This document shows, piece by piece, positions 62,613 through 64,000 of a stretch of 64,000 bases of DNA (its first letter is position 1; each line of letters opens with the position of its first letter). A program made the position numbers and the translations under genes. Source of the stretch: Candidatus Omnitrophota bacterium (GTDB taxonomy: Bacteria; Omnitrophota; Omnitrophia; Omnitrophales; Aquincolibacteriaceae); contig JBDRCT010000005.1 in the NCBI GenBank assembly GCA_043821445.1, positions 2,593-66,592 on the forward strand. The letters run 5' to 3'. The notes beneath the pieces are model-generated. The model made no database searches. It had not been told where the DNA came from and saw only the letters and a list, made by a program, of their open reading frames with translations.

Positions 62613-62731
62613 TTTTGATCTCTCTCATGAGTTATTTGTTACCGAAGCGAAACTGCCTAACGGTTGTTCCCTCACTCAGCGGATGGTTCGACAGCAGGTT
62701 GCCCTCCCTGAGGGCGCCTATTTTGGTACGC

Positions 62732-63304
62732 CTACTGTGGCTTTGGGCTAAAGGCTTGAATTCTTTTATCAAGTTGCTCGGCTAATTTTTTGTCTAAATC
62801 ACTTAATATTTTGTGTTGTTTTAACGCAGCGTCCTTATCGCCTTTCTGGATATAGAGATGACCCAAACTGGAGTGAGCCTGGGGATCCTTGGGATCCAGG
62901 GAGATGGCCTTGTTGAAAGAATCGATCGCTTTATCGATATTGCCTTTCTGGAGATAGAGGTTACCCAAACCGATATAAGCATAGAGACTCTTCGAATTCA
63001 GGGAGATGGCCTTGTTAAAAGACTCGAGCGCTTTATCGGCATCGCCTTTCTGAAAATAGGCATTACCCAAACCGACATAAACACTGAGATTCTTCGGATC
63101 CAGGGAGACGGCCTTGTTAAAAGACTCGAGCGCTTTATCGACGTCATTCTTTTGCATCGCTTCCGCGCCGTCCTTAACACACTGTTCTGCTGTTGCAATA
63201 TTTTCTGCGTCTGTGGCATAACTGCTTGGATGACTACAAATAAAAAACACTGCCAGGGCCAAAAATACCAGGCTCGTTGATCTGAAAAAGGATTGTTTTC
63301 TCAT
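62732..63304 (-). CDS. secreted TPR-repeat protein (paralog 3)
   Basis: The signal peptide ends FFICSHPSSYATDAEN. There are four TPR units, and the C-terminus is shared with the paralogs. Confidence 0.7.
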   Translation of the reverse strand: MRKQSFFRSTSLVFLALAVFFICSHPSSYATDAENIATAEQCVKDGAEAMQKNDVDKALESFNKAVSLDPKNLSVYVGLGNAYFQKGDADKALESFNKAISLNSKSLYAYIGLGNLYLQKGNIDKAIDSFNKAISLDPKDPQAHSSLGHLYIQKGDKDAALKQHKILSDLDKKLAEQLDKRIQAFSPKPQ

Positions 63305-63390
63305 TTTTAATCCCTCGCCTAAGTTGTTTGTTGCCAAAGCAAAATAATCAGCTTGTTCTTCCCCTTTTCAAGGGACAGCTTTTTGGGATA

Positions 63391-63419
63391 GTATTAAACT
63401 CTTTCCCTGCTACTGCAAG
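63391..63419 (-). promoter_or_regulatory. sigma70-like promoter (-35 TTGCAG, 17-nt spacer, -10 TAATAC), paralogous to 52783..52811
   Basis: The architecture is identical to that upstream of TPR paralog 1, with a conserved leader. Confidence 0.5.
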
Positions 63420-63481
63420 TACTTTTTCTCCGTCTCATTCCGGCTGCTCCGCCCAGTCGTTGAATGGTACCCGGGGACCGT

Positions 63482-64000
63482 TTAACTTTCCAACGCCTTG
63501 CGGGCAAGGTTGCGCACGGAAAAGAACAGGACAACGGTGGCGATCAACCCCAGGATGAGAAGCGCCCATTCCGCCGGCATCCTGGGCCGCACCCCGGAAT
63601 GGAACAAAGAGAGGTCCCCCGTCAAGGCCCCTAAATAGGTGCAGACCATCACGGAAGGGACTGTCCCGGTCATGGAAGCGGCCCCGTACTGCCAGGCCGG
63701 GATCCGCGTCGTCCCGAAGGTGTAATTGGCGATCGAGAACGGGAAGACCGGGGACAACCGCGCCAGTAGAACGATCTTCCATCCTTTTTGATCCAAGGCC
63801 CCGGAAAACTTCTTTAAGGAAGCGTTCCCGGCAAGCGCCCTCTCGACCCACCGCCGGGCCAGATAACGGCCGATCCAAAAAGCGGCCACAGACCCGAGAC
63901 CGTTCCCCAGCACGCTCAGGGCCGTCCCCCTCCAAAATCCGAAAAGCATGCCCCCGGAAAAAGTAAAAATACTGAACGGCACGAAAAAAAGACAGGCGAG
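63482..64000 (-). CDS. DedA / TVP38-TMEM64 family membrane protein, running off the window end so the N-terminal part is missing
   Basis: The ORF is open to the window end and reads GTTRIPAWQYGAASMTGTVPSVMVCTYLGALTG ... LLARLSPVFPFSIANYTFG. Confidence 0.7.
   Translation of the reverse strand, partial: LACLFFVPFSIFTFSGGMLFGFWRGTALSVLGNGLGSVAAFWIGRYLARRWVERALAGNASLKKFSGALDQKGWKIVLLARLSPVFPFSIANYTFGTTRIPAWQYGAASMTGTVPSVMVCTYLGALTGDLSLFHSGVRPRMPAEWALLILGLIATVVLFFSVRNLARKALES

Noticed and set aside
1-64000. Mobile elements or a genomic island.
   Set aside because: No transposase, integrase, recombinase, phage structural or conjugation genes were found, and no abrupt compositional shift is visible by eye. 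The interspersed repeats look like structured intergenic elements, not IS elements or MITEs with terminal inverted repeats and target-site duplications.

Overview
This is a 64 kb chromosomal fragment of roughly 55-57% GC from a Gram-negative-type bacterium, with lipobox lipoproteins, two RND/TolC efflux systems and LPS/Und-P glycosylation genes. Most genes from about 21 kb onward lie on the minus strand. I found no rRNA genes, CRISPR arrays, transposases or integrases, and I could not hand-verify any tRNA.

Gene content:
- Glycerol catabolism glpD (5' part, truncated at the window start) and glpK.
- The diadenylate cyclase cdaA.
- A membrane H+-pyrophosphatase, hppA.
- terC, a CspA-family cold-shock gene and a MarC-family membrane protein.
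- A marR-OMP-RND operon with no periplasmic adaptor, and a second, complete OMP-MFP-RND operon.
- A Memo-AMMECR1 fusion, a fused MFS/spermidine-synthase protein, MscS, an orphan CheY receiver, a PurF-like amidotransferase and a K+ channel.
- An HD-GYP / GHL10 / membrane / MORN operon.
- A SpoIIE-type PP2C phosphatase next to a 1040-aa, highly repetitive coiled-coil protein.
- galE, several paralogous secreted TPR proteins, and a seven-gene Arn-like Und-P-aminosugar glycosylation cluster that also carries a B12-binding radical-SAM enzyme.

The most unusual signals are non-coding:
- A family of five same-orientation double-hairpin repeats of about 90-130 nt with A-rich loops and compensatory stem substitutions, all sitting in promoter or 5'-leader regions.
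- A second, nested palindromic repeat built around GTACGGCGTAC.
- A conserved promoter plus 5'-UTR shared by the TPR paralogs.
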